From the IMG/VR virus record IMGVR_UViG_3300031884_000002, positions 248,001 through 312,000 of that record: DNA of 64,000 nucleotides; one strand, written 5' to 3'. Made by a program: the position numbers and the translations under genes. Below are positions 39,647-50,000 of this stretch, one piece after another. Under the pieces are notes generated by a model. It did not search any database. It was not told the DNA's origin and saw nothing but the letters and a program-made list of their open reading frames with translations. Within the stretch, counting starts at the first letter, position 1; every line of letters starts with the position of its first letter.

Positions 39647-39865
39647 TTAATTTTCAGAAGCCATTTCGTAACCATTATCCAAATATGTTTTTAAATCCTT
39701 TTTGTTTATATAAATCATAGCACCTTTATCCACAATCCAATAAACCTCTATTTTAATTTTATCCGGCTTATCCTTATAAATAAATTTATCAGAATTACTC
39801 GATGTATTTTCATTTAATCGAAACGAATGTAATCCTGTTCTTTGAAATAGGACTCCTCGGAACAT
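39647..39865 (-). CDS. hypothetical protein
   Basis: 72 aa ORF on the coding strand. Confidence 0.4.
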   Translation of the reverse strand: MFRGVLFQRTGLHSFRLNENTSSNSDKFIYKDKPDKIKIEVYWIVDKGAMIYINKKDLKTYLDNGYEMASEN

Positions 39866-39879
39866 ATATTATTATTTTA

Positions 39880-41484
39880 TTATCTAACGGCTATGGCATT
39901 TACATATGCCGAAATATCATATTTATCCAATGGCTGTTCTACAGAACCGGCACCATGAGCAGTAATATTACCTACTAATTTAGTTGGCTTTCCTTTATTA
40001 TTAGTAAATGGAATTGAAATCTGCCATTCTTTATATTTTGGTATTCCATTAGAAGTATCGGCATGTCCTCCATATTTAGCACTTTCGAGGGTAACGTCCA
40101 ATCCTAATTCTTTTAATTTGGTAAATATTTTATGTATTTGTTCCCAGCTATTATCAGAAAATAAACCTCTGGATAATTCCGCCAATACTTTATTTACAAA
40201 AGAAGTAGCCGCAACATTAGATTTACCTTCAAGTGGATTGGATGTAATTCCTATATTTTCTTCGTTGAAGTTTCCATAGGCATCAGCAGGACGTTTGGCA
40301 CCACGATTCATTCTCTTAGGAGGAAGTGATGTTTTATCTTGTGTTTCACGACATTTAGGACATTTATCAGTTCCTTTATCAACTACTCTACCACATCCTT
40401 TACATGTTCCAAAATTAGCATGATTTTCAATCTCCATTCCTTCAATTTCCATACCCTCTTTTACAAGATGTTGAGATACTTCTAAACAATCAGGACACAT
40501 TACTTTACAAGACCCCGGCTTCGATGGATGTGAAACATCTTTTCCACAATCACAACAATGATGTTGAATATCACTTTTTTCTTCTTCAAGTTTTTTATGT
40601 AATTTCCAAGCAGTTGCATATATGGCATCAGGATTATTTGGATATTCTTTTTTTAACTTATCATATATTTTTTTAGGAAACTTAGGTGGCAATTTCTCAT
40701 CTAATGTTTTCAAATCTGTATCGGAACCTAAATCTTCTTCCATTTTTCTCATTTTAGCATTCTGGTCTTCATAACTTTCTAAATTAGCACCGGCACCGTT
40801 AGACCACGGATCGAATCCTTCTGTTAATTTCGTTCCAAATCTTACTAAACTAACAGTATCCGAATGTCTATCATATACTAATGTATATTTTCCTACCTTA
40901 TATGTTTTATCATAAGTTCCCCAAGGTGCTTCTTGAGATACACTCATGGAATGTTCGTTTTCACCACCCATATCCCATTGAGACATATACTGAATTGCGG
41001 CTTTTGGACCTTTTGTATTTAATAAATCAATTACCGGTTTAGCATCATTATATTGTAAAGTAACTATAGTATAATAAGTTCTTCCTGCTTCATCAAGTCT
41101 AGGTTCATCACTGCGAACTCTCATTTCAGGAGCATGTGAATATTCTCCAGTATCCAGTTGATGTTCTGTATCATTTGCTCCACCATATTTAGATACTAAA
41201 TCTTGATACATCATTTCTTCCATAGACCCTTCCTGTGGTCCTCTTGAAATTTGTCCGGGAGAAAAATCAGATGTGCTTAATGCTGAATATAAATTACTAT
41301 CCTGTCCCCCATGATAATCATTAGCAAACCAATAAATGGCGGCTTCAGCATCATATTCAAATCCCTCTTCATTTCCAAATTGAGAACGAAGATATTCCAT
41401 CATTTCTTCTTTAGAAGGGTCTTGAATTGAAGTTTCATTCAAAACTTCCGTGATACATCGCTTGATTATTTGTTTTATATTCAT
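39880..41484 (-). CDS. multi-module putative internal head protein
   Basis: 534 aa; MNIKQIIKRCITEVLNE leader; modules separated by L/V/M-x-E sites; YATAWK motif; CxxC pairs. Confidence 0.6.
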   Translation of the reverse strand: MNIKQIIKRCITEVLNETSIQDPSKEEMMEYLRSQFGNEEGFEYDAEAAIYWFANDYHGGQDSNLYSALSTSDFSPGQISRGPQEGSMEEMMYQDLVSKYGGANDTEHQLDTGEYSHAPEMRVRSDEPRLDEAGRTYYTIVTLQYNDAKPVIDLLNTKGPKAAIQYMSQWDMGGENEHSMSVSQEAPWGTYDKTYKVGKYTLVYDRHSDTVSLVRFGTKLTEGFDPWSNGAGANLESYEDQNAKMRKMEEDLGSDTDLKTLDEKLPPKFPKKIYDKLKKEYPNNPDAIYATAWKLHKKLEEEKSDIQHHCCDCGKDVSHPSKPGSCKVMCPDCLEVSQHLVKEGMEIEGMEIENHANFGTCKGCGRVVDKGTDKCPKCRETQDKTSLPPKRMNRGAKRPADAYGNFNEENIGITSNPLEGKSNVAATSFVNKVLAELSRGLFSDNSWEQIHKIFTKLKELGLDVTLESAKYGGHADTSNGIPKYKEWQISIPFTNNKGKPTKLVGNITAHGAGSVEQPLDKYDISAYVNAIAVR

Positions 41485-41505
41485 ATAGATATAATATAAA
41501 TATAC

Positions 41506-43200
41506 TCAAATATTCCATTCATACTTAAAATTACCACAATCCCATATTCTATCCCATCCATTATTTTTCATATTTTCCCATTCTGATAAAGAAGGATTGA
41601 ATGATTTTAGTATTTTTGATAATTGGTCTTTTCTAAAATTAAACCTATGATATCTCTTATAGTTTTTACGATGATTTCCAAAATACCAGTAACTCGGAGC
41701 AGTTTTCCCTGTGAGTTTTAAGTTTAATTTTTCATATACGTTAGAATTAGAAAAACTCCACCGTCTATCAGCATATGATATAATTTTAATTGGTTTATAA
41801 TTAGTAATAAAGTGTTTTAGTAGTTTATCGCATATGCCGGTTATTATATAAGAAGTTTTAACACATAATCTATATAATTCATATGTTCCATCTTTTTTAA
41901 CCTGTCCTAAACATTTTCTAAGTTGTCCGAATGTTGCCACTGCTACTAATTCATTGTTATGATATGCACCAAGTCGAATAGAAGACGTTTTTTCTTTTCC
42001 TTGAATGTGATTATTATTCAGAAAATCTATATAAGAATTATCGGTTATTTCTTTAATAATACATTTTCTTGCATTTATTTTAATTGAGGCATTACGTTTT
42101 AGGATATGTTTTAACTTTGATTTAATTAGTTCCTTTTTATTTATCCATTCATCCTCAAATAAATGAATAAGTCTAATTCCTATTTTTTCACATTCTTCCG
42201 TTTTTGATACGTGATATGTTTTATTTTTACATCCTCCTATTTCACTGTGCCAGTATAATCCATCACATTCTATTGCAATTTTCAATATGGGTATGTATAT
42301 ATCTAACTCTCTATTATTTAATAATATTCGTTTGTTTTCTTCTACTGATATGGTAGACGGTAATATTGAACGAATAAAATCGGTAACTTCTTTTTCAAAT
42401 GTAGATATACCAGAATTGCAGGTAGTGCATCTAGGCAAATCTCCATCTTCTAAACAATCATCGAATACAACTTTACATATATTACATTTAAACTTATATT
42501 TCTTAAATAATCCTCCGCTCAGATATTCATCTCTTGAAAATAACGGTTCGGCTAATGACTGTAACCTATTACTTGTAAACAAACTATCATAAAATATTCC
42601 CCGTCTTGTATTTATTCTTTTATTAGCCACCGACTTTACTTGTTGTATATTTTTTACTCCGTATTTCTTAAATACCGCATTTTCTATTTTAGATTTATCA
42701 CTTAATATCCACTCTACTCCATAATTTTTTAAACACGTTTCTTTTTTCTTATTTGATATTTCTAATGATTTTGACACATTATCAACACCATATTTTTCCA
42801 TGATTGTGGCTTTGCATTTTTCTTTCACTGTCGGATTCTGAAATCCATATTCAGTTCCGTATTTTTTAATATTTGAGTATTTAATGTTATTTTTTGTAGA
42901 TTGATTTGTCTGGGCGCATTTATATGAACAATTTTTGGAATACCCTAATCCGTAAGAATGAAATTTTACTAAATTATTACAGTTTATATTAGAACATTTT
43001 ATAGGTTCCAATTTATTATTTAGAATATGCCATACTCTTTGACCTATAGTTATATCATCTGGTAAAAACGAAGTTGCCGCAATTATTTCATTATATTCAA
43101 ATAATTTAGAGTTTACCGTAAACCAACGTAATGACATTCTACTTGAAATGGTTATATTTTTACAAAATAAATTTTCCAATATCCAGTTTTTTAAGTTCAT
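41506..43200 (-). CDS. Hef-like homing endonuclease (KKYGV repeats, PD-(D/E)XK domain)
   Basis: ELDIYIP..KIAIECDGLYWH..GIRLIHLFEDEW; ARKC; SYADRRW; RIWDCG; start ATG 43200. Confidence 0.8.
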   Translation of the reverse strand: MNLKNWILENLFCKNITISSRMSLRWFTVNSKLFEYNEIIAATSFLPDDITIGQRVWHILNNKLEPIKCSNINCNNLVKFHSYGLGYSKNCSYKCAQTNQSTKNNIKYSNIKKYGTEYGFQNPTVKEKCKATIMEKYGVDNVSKSLEISNKKKETCLKNYGVEWILSDKSKIENAVFKKYGVKNIQQVKSVANKRINTRRGIFYDSLFTSNRLQSLAEPLFSRDEYLSGGLFKKYKFKCNICKVVFDDCLEDGDLPRCTTCNSGISTFEKEVTDFIRSILPSTISVEENKRILLNNRELDIYIPILKIAIECDGLYWHSEIGGCKNKTYHVSKTEECEKIGIRLIHLFEDEWINKKELIKSKLKHILKRNASIKINARKCIIKEITDNSYIDFLNNNHIQGKEKTSSIRLGAYHNNELVAVATFGQLRKCLGQVKKDGTYELYRLCVKTSYIITGICDKLLKHFITNYKPIKIISYADRRWSFSNSNVYEKLNLKLTGKTAPSYWYFGNHRKNYKRYHRFNFRKDQLSKILKSFNPSLSEWENMKNNGWDRIWDCGNFKYEWNI

Positions 43201-43221
43201 ATGCTTAGTCTTTGTAATATA

Positions 43222-43249
43222 ATTATAACAAAAAGACAAAATATATCAA
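43222..43249 (-). promoter_or_regulatory. sigma70-type promoter
   Basis: TTGATA-16 nt-TATAAT with extended TG. Confidence 0.55.
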
Positions 43250-43272
43250 CTTATTTTAATTTCATTCTGGTA

Positions 43273-43899
43273 TTAGTTCAATTCGGAGAGAATGTTATAA
43301 ATCAACTCGTCGGTTCGTTCCCATCGGTTGGTCATTGGATTTTTAACAATTCCTTCGGCAAGTGAAATTTGTTCTACGGGTGCCATAAACGCACCTTGAA
43401 CTGAAGGATTACTTACAAAGTCCCAGCATATAATACTGTAATCATTATTAACTTCAACCGAAGATTCTGATAATTTTCTTACGGAACCAGTTCCACGGCT
43501 TGATATTCCAACTCTGATATTACACTTGAATAACTCTCTCAAAATATTTCCACTTGGAGTTGTTAATACATCAATGTCAGCAATTAAATCATTACCATTC
43601 CATTTAAGACCAACTATATTATGAGATACATTTTTAAGATTTACAACTTCAGTTTCAGCATGGTCTAATTCTCCAACTGCTCGTTTTTCATTTATAAATG
43701 TATTAACATATTCCGATACACTTTTATCCAAAACATCATCGGGATATACTCTTCCATTTTGATTGCGGACACCCTTTCTTTGTACTAAGCCACGAACTCT
43801 AAACGGTTTGGCTTCATTCATTAGGGACTCTTTTAATAAAGTATCATCTACCTCAAATGTTATACATTCTATTAACAATTTTTTATTTATATCATTCAT
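43273..43899 (-). CDS. gp21: prohead protease (T4 gp21-like)
   Basis: NQNGRVYP, GELDH, VSH, TPSGNI, GISSRGTGS, WDFVSNPS. Confidence 0.95.
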   Translation of the reverse strand: MNDINKKLLIECITFEVDDTLLKESLMNEAKPFRVRGLVQRKGVRNQNGRVYPDDVLDKSVSEYVNTFINEKRAVGELDHAETEVVNLKNVSHNIVGLKWNGNDLIADIDVLTTPSGNILRELFKCNIRVGISSRGTGSVRKLSESSVEVNNDYSIICWDFVSNPSVQGAFMAPVEQISLAEGIVKNPMTNRWERTDELIYNILSELN

Positions 43900-44615
43900 A
43901 ATGGTATTGAATAAGTAGGATATGATTTATATAATTTATTATATTTCTTACTATATCTAATTATTTCTTTTATTTTTTCGTTTTTTAACAATTTTTTCGT
44001 TCTTCCTAAATCAAGAAATTTATTTTTCTTTTTTTCGTGCTGTGGTTCATCATACTCAAATGCTATTGAGTTTTTATAATCGTATCCATCAAGACAAAAT
44101 CCATCTATCCATACTTCTCCACCGTTTAACGCATGTTGAAAATTATATCCGTTTTTTGTTCCGTAATTTTCAATAAATACACACGCATCTTTATTAAAAT
44201 TTGACACTCCTCCTTGTGTTTTAATTCGAAGTATAGCCGATTGTTTCATTTTATTGCGACATTCCGATGAATAAATTCTATTTTTAGAAATACATGAATA
44301 ACATAAACAATTTATTCGTTTTAATGCTTTATTTGGAGTTGATGCTTTAACATCTTTTTTACAATTAGAACATTTTCTATACCATATATTATTCAAGTCG
44401 TGCCATACTAATCCACTTGATATAGCATCCAAAACAGGTTGAGAATATTTTCCTTTTTTTGGACTCTCTTTACCATATAAATGATGTCGGCTACCTTTTT
44501 TAGAACATGATAAGCACATAGAGCCTAATGATAATGCTCGTTTAAGATTGTGCTTAGACGAATATAATAATTCTTTATTACATATCGAACAAGTTGTCTT
44601 ATAATCATTAGTCAT
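43896..44615 (-). CDS. putative homing endonuclease (Zn-finger repeats + PD-(D/E)XK)
   Basis: CxxC..CxxC twice; HALNGGE..LDGYD..AFEYDEPQH. Confidence 0.7.
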   Translation of the reverse strand: MTNDYKTTCSICNKELLYSSKHNLKRALSLGSMCLSCSKKGSRHHLYGKESPKKGKYSQPVLDAISSGLVWHDLNNIWYRKCSNCKKDVKASTPNKALKRINCLCYSCISKNRIYSSECRNKMKQSAILRIKTQGGVSNFNKDACVFIENYGTKNGYNFQHALNGGEVWIDGFCLDGYDYKNSIAFEYDEPQHEKKKNKFLDLGRTKKLLKNEKIKEIIRYSKKYNKLYKSYPTYSIPL

Positions 44616-44630
44616 AATATATAAATATAT

Positions 44631-45485
44631 TTATTTTTCTCTATAAACCTTCTTTATTCGTAAATCCCAATATTGGTCTTTTTTATTCTCTTCCAATTTA
44701 ACAACTTTTAACAACGGGGCTTTATTATAAAATAGATTTTGTAAACCTTTATTATCTAATTGATATTTTAACATATTGGACGGTATTTTTAATTCAAATA
44801 CCGATACTATTACTCCATGTTCTTTTCGGTCAGTCCAACCTATTTTTTTAACTAAATCTTTTAACGGAGTTTCTTTTTTCTTTAACAGTAAAGGAAGCCA
44901 TGATTTAATATCTTCAGTTATATCGAAAATTGAATATGCCTCATAATGTTTATTAACATTAACATCTTTTTCTTCTTCTTTAATATGAGATATAGGTTCC
45001 GGATTTAAAACAGGGACTTTAGATTGATTGCTATTAGGGCTATTATTGACAGGATTAGGATTATTGTTATTATCATGTGGAACCTCCGGTTGTTTAATTT
45101 GGGCTGGATTGACTCCCTTTTGAGGAGATGGTTGACCGGTTGCCTGTCCTATAATTTTAATTTTCTCACTCGTGGATAAAAAATATTTTTTTGGTTTAGA
45201 TGACATATCAGTAGCAATTATCACATAATGCCCATAATAATTTTCAATTGTAACGTTATTTATATCAAACTCATATTTGGTAGAAAACTGTTTATATCCT
45301 CTTGAAGATTTAGCAATAACTCTTTTACCCTTTAGATATTGGTTAATTTTAGTTTGATATTTTTTAATCAATTCTTTAGATTCTGTTTTTAATGAAGTTA
45401 AGAATTCAGAATACTCAATTCCAATATCAAAAAATTGAAGATTATCATCTGTTGTATTTTCTAACAATGTCGCTAATATTATCAT
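44631..45485 (-). CDS. hypothetical protein, putative head protein
   Basis: 284 aa; MIILATLLE leader; P/N-rich linker. Confidence 0.6.
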   Translation of the reverse strand: MIILATLLENTTDDNLQFFDIGIEYSEFLTSLKTESKELIKKYQTKINQYLKGKRVIAKSSRGYKQFSTKYEFDINNVTIENYYGHYVIIATDMSSKPKKYFLSTSEKIKIIGQATGQPSPQKGVNPAQIKQPEVPHDNNNNPNPVNNSPNSNQSKVPVLNPEPISHIKEEEKDVNVNKHYEAYSIFDITEDIKSWLPLLLKKKETPLKDLVKKIGWTDRKEHGVIVSVFELKIPSNMLKYQLDNKGLQNLFYNKAPLLKVVKLEENKKDQYWDLRIKKVYREK

Positions 45486-45751
45486 TTTAATTCGGATTGT
45501 AATATTTTTTCTGTTATATCAAACTCAGTATATTTTATTCGTAATAATTTTATATTCTTATTTTTAGCATATTCGGTTTTAATATTATCTTTATATTTGA
45601 TATATTCTAGGTCTTTATACGTTATTTTATGCCCGTTAAAATTTCCTCCATATGATACTTCAGCCGGAGTTTTATTATTTAATGAAAAATCCCATTCTTT
45701 ACTTATTTCTGGATAAGTTATATCTAATTTATTTTGTAATTCCTTTAACAT
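45482..45751 (-). pseudogene. internally deleted endonuclease remnant
   Basis: zinc-ribbon-type start YPEISKEWD..N..TP.EVSYG joined directly to the DUF2726/559-type tail D.IK..YA....IKLLRI.Y; catalytic core absent. Confidence 0.55.
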
Positions 45752-45757
45752 TTTTCA

Positions 45758-46084
45758 TTATTCTATCATTTTATCAGGACGACGAGCCAAATCTTTTTTT
45801 CCAATTGGAGTTAATTCATATCCAAGTGCATTGCTTCCAGCTAACGCTTTTTTACTACCTCCATCATTTTTTGAAAATGCGGCAGGAATAGTATAACCTT
45901 CACCACCTGTAACCGACGATTCCTCGATTTTTTCCTCTTCTTCATCTTCCATTATTCTTCGTTGAAGTGGAAGTTTTCCGGTTGCTGGAGCAACTGCTCC
46001 CGTTGCCGATTCTTCCGTAGTCAATTCTTCCAACAATGTCTTAGTTATAATTTTAACTAATGATTTTAAATCGGATTGTTTCAT
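45758..46084 (-). CDS. small acidic head-region protein
   Basis: 108 aa; LKSLVK..LLEE leader, GYTIPAAF motif. Confidence 0.6.
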   Translation of the reverse strand: MKQSDLKSLVKIITKTLLEELTTEESATGAVAPATGKLPLQRRIMEDEEEEKIEESSVTGGEGYTIPAAFSKNDGGSKKALAGSNALGYELTPIGKKDLARRPDKMIE

Positions 46085-46977
46085 ATTACTCTCGAAGTAA
46101 GATTTTTATTGATTTCTTTCAATAATTCATAACTAAGCATAACTACGGTAACGTGATTATCTTTAACAACTTTATCTGGGTTAATTTTATCTAATTGATT
46201 TATAACTTCATTTATTTTAATCTTTATAACATCTGAATCTTTAATTTTTGTAGAAGATTCTTTAAGCTTGGATTTAATTTTGGAGATATGTTCTTTTACT
46301 AATACATCAAACTTATTAGTATTGGCAACATTACATATATATTCTCTTAATATTTCATGTTGTTCGTCATCTAATATACTTGCAAACTTTTCGTTTAATT
46401 TTTCAACTAATAATTTATAAGTAAGTAATCGTATATCTTCTGATTGTTCGTTATAAGTTTCCATCGAAACTTCATTTTCTTTTAACATTGATTGCTTATT
46501 AACCAAATGTTCTACAATTGAGTTTTTTGCTTTATAGATTTCATCAACATCAAATTTTAAATCGGAAGTAGCATTCTCAAATAGTTTATAAATAGATGCT
46601 GATATTTTATAATTTTTAACATGAGATTTTAACATCTGTTCCAATGGATATGCCGCTTTAATCTCCTTAATTAGTTCATATTTTTCAAATAACAATGATT
46701 TATCATCTAATTTTTTACGAGCATCTAAAATAGTAGAATAATAACGTTCAGCATATGCTTCGGTTTTAATATTTTCACTTAATAATTTATTATATAATTG
46801 CCATTCTTTCCCAATTTCAGTATCTATTTTGAAAAACTTATGAAGTATTTCTGATGCTTTTGATGACTTTTTACCGCTAATAATATCAGCGGTAACTTGC
46901 TTAGTCAATAATTCGAACAAAATGCCCGTATTTCTAAACTTTGAATGGCGCATTTTTTTCTGGGTTGTATTATTCAT
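46081..46977 (-). CDS. conserved head-region protein downstream of portal
   Basis: 298 aa; HSKFRNTGILFELL N-terminal motif; helical. Confidence 0.65.
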   Translation of the reverse strand: MNNTTQKKMRHSKFRNTGILFELLTKQVTADIISGKKSSKASEILHKFFKIDTEIGKEWQLYNKLLSENIKTEAYAERYYSTILDARKKLDDKSLLFEKYELIKEIKAAYPLEQMLKSHVKNYKISASIYKLFENATSDLKFDVDEIYKAKNSIVEHLVNKQSMLKENEVSMETYNEQSEDIRLLTYKLLVEKLNEKFASILDDEQHEILREYICNVANTNKFDVLVKEHISKIKSKLKESSTKIKDSDVIKIKINEVINQLDKINPDKVVKDNHVTVVMLSYELLKEINKNLTSRVI

Positions 46978-47031
46978 ATTATATTAAATGATAATTATAA
47001 ATATATTCTTTTACCTGTAAAATATAATATA

Positions 47032-50000
47032 TTATAGTATTTCCTTTATATTTACCTCATCTAACATAGATGGTAATGTTGATTCTTTAATCAATTCTTT
47101 TTTTACATCAATAGGCTTGTCAAAAAACTCAGATAAAGACAATATTAACTTGGAGTTTCTGTTTTTCATTTGTTTATTATCTTGTACCGGTTTTTTTATT
47201 TCTTCAAGTGCATATGGAGAATCTCCTTCAAAGTTTTGATATAATTCGCTTTTCTTTTTAAACTCGCTATTCTTTCTTGGTTTTCTATTGAGTTCTAAAT
47301 GTCCCAATGGGTCTTCTCCAAATGGATGATCGCTCGCCTTATGCTCTCCACTTTGGTCTCGATTAGCATCTTCTTTAACTATATCTTCCGGTTTTCCGAT
47401 TTTAGGCTTCTCTTCGGTTTCGGGATTTGGTTCTTCTTCATTTCCCTCTCCTCCTTCTTTATTCCCTTCTCCCTCCTCACCCTCTCCTTCTAAATCTCCA
47501 AGATCGGAAAGTCCACCTCCACCACCATGTCCTCCACCACCACCGAGACCACCCAATCCACCACCTTCTCCTTTTTCTCCACCTCCACCACCCGTTCCTA
47601 TTTTCTTCATAGGCATAGCTGGATCATCTCCATCATTTTCAATAGCCGCCAATCTATATTTGCGTTTTGCGAACTCTATTACTGATTTCATTTCCGTTTC
47701 AATATCATCATTAGACATTTGGAATATATATTTATAGATATATTCAGGAGAAAATAAACCACTTTCCATCATATCTGTAGACAATGCTGTTTTTTCAGAT
47801 AAAATGCTTATTTTCTCTTTTTCTAATATAGTACTAGAATTAGTTAGTTCAATTTTGAAATTGATTAAACTTTCATCTCTATATCCCTGAGCATATAAAT
47901 GTATAACTCCTATCTTTTCCAATTCCACGCACAGTATTTTCTGAATACGTTGAATAGTTCGGGCAAATCGTATATCTTCATTGCTTAATGTTGCCTTACT
48001 ACCACCTTCTTCTCCAAAGTTTAAGAATGTTTTTGGTATTTTTAAAGCGGCAAACATCTTATTTTTAAGATATTCAACATCATCAATACCTGTCCAATCC
48101 ATACCTGGTAGAGTATCTATTCTAGTTCCCGAATCACTTCCACGAGTAGGGATATAAAAGTCATCCAACATATTTTGAAGATTGAACTTGAGATTATATT
48201 CTCCTCGTTCATTCATATATGGAACTTTTTTAATTTTATCCTGTAATTTCTGCATGTAATTATCAACTTCGGCTGGTGGAATGTTGCCTATATCAACATA
48301 AAATATTCTTCTTTCGGGAGCACGAACTACACGATGAATCATCATTGCGTCTTCCAATAGGGATAATTGTTTCCATATTCTTCTTGCACCTTCCAAATAA
48401 GAACGACCATATGGGAAGAAGTTAGAATCGCCCGTTAATCTAAAATGGCAAATCTGCCAGTTTTCCAATACTTCGGCTTGGGATGTATCAGTCGGACGGA
48501 TTTGAAACTTGACATACTTCTTATTATAAGGGTCGGCATTTTCAATTCGCTCTACATTTTCCGCATTTATAGGCTCCACCATATAAACACCATACTCTGG
48601 ACTAACATATACTTTTAAAAAATGATCTCCTAATTTTAAAGTATTTCTAAGCCATCCCCATAAATTAAAGTCTAGGTTTAAAATATCATCGTATAAGTTT
48701 TCAAGTATTTCTTTAACATTATTATTTTCACAGTGTACGGTAAGCATTTTACCAAGTGCATTAGTCGTAAGACAATTATGGGTAAATAATTTAGATCCAT
48801 CCTTAGTTTCTATCGCATATAAATGTGAACTAGTTCCTACATTTACTAAATCATATGCTTTATATTCGCCACATGGTTCTACTGATATTACTCTATGATT
48901 ATTTGATTTTGTATAATCAGCGTATGAGTTATATCCTATAATTTTATATTTTAATCTATCTATACGAGTAATATTATATTTATTACATATTTGTTTATTT
49001 AATACACTACAATCTTCTCTGAGAATGTTATATTTCTGTTTTAATTCTTTTCTAGATAATCCGTTTATTATATCTTTTTCATATTCCTCCATATTTATGT
49101 GTTCGAAACGATTTACGGCTTCAATCCATCTTCCGTTTTTATTTTTGGTTAACTTATAACCATTTCCAAACATTCCATTCTTATTTCCATTTCTTCCAAA
49201 CTCTTTATTTCTATCTTCTTTAGACATTCCTTCCAGTCGCTTTAACATAGTAAAATGACAATTTTCGGAATGATATTTTCTAGTTTCATCATTCCAATAT
49301 CTTCTATGTCCTTCTCTGGTTTTTTCTTTATATTCGTGTGTTTTTGTTTTATCTGCCCATATTTCTTTATTAAATTGAGAGTGTATTTTTTTATGCTCTA
49401 TATAACCAACCCATTTAAGATATTCTGGACTATTATTTAATTTATTAAACGACGAATGATGAATTACTTTATCGGTTTCACATACTGTTTCTCGCTGAGT
49501 TATTAACGAAGGTTCATTTTTTGCAACTAATCTATGAGTAAATTGCCATTTTCCATTTATATATAACATCTCATATCCATTCATAAATTTGAAATTGGAT
49601 AATTTAGTATTAAATATTTTTAACGATGTCCCTAATTCAAGTTTATCGGTTGATATAATAGACATATCTGATTTTACCCACATATGATTAGACGTACATT
49701 TTATCTCGGTTCCATCGTCCAATAATACTTTATACATTGGTTTAATACCATTATATGCCACTCGTTCACATTTTTCGGGTTTGAAGTTCCCATCGGAATC
49801 TATAGAATATACCCAGAAATCTGTTTTATTTTGATTATATAAATCTTCAATTTTTACTTTATCTCCATTCAATAATGGTATAATAGTGTTCCCCTCTATG
49901 CATTCGTCTGCTACAATATCTAAAGTTGCATTTAGAATTGGGTCCATATCCATTGTATTGTGTGAAAATACAGTATCTGATGCAAAATTTTGATATTTTT

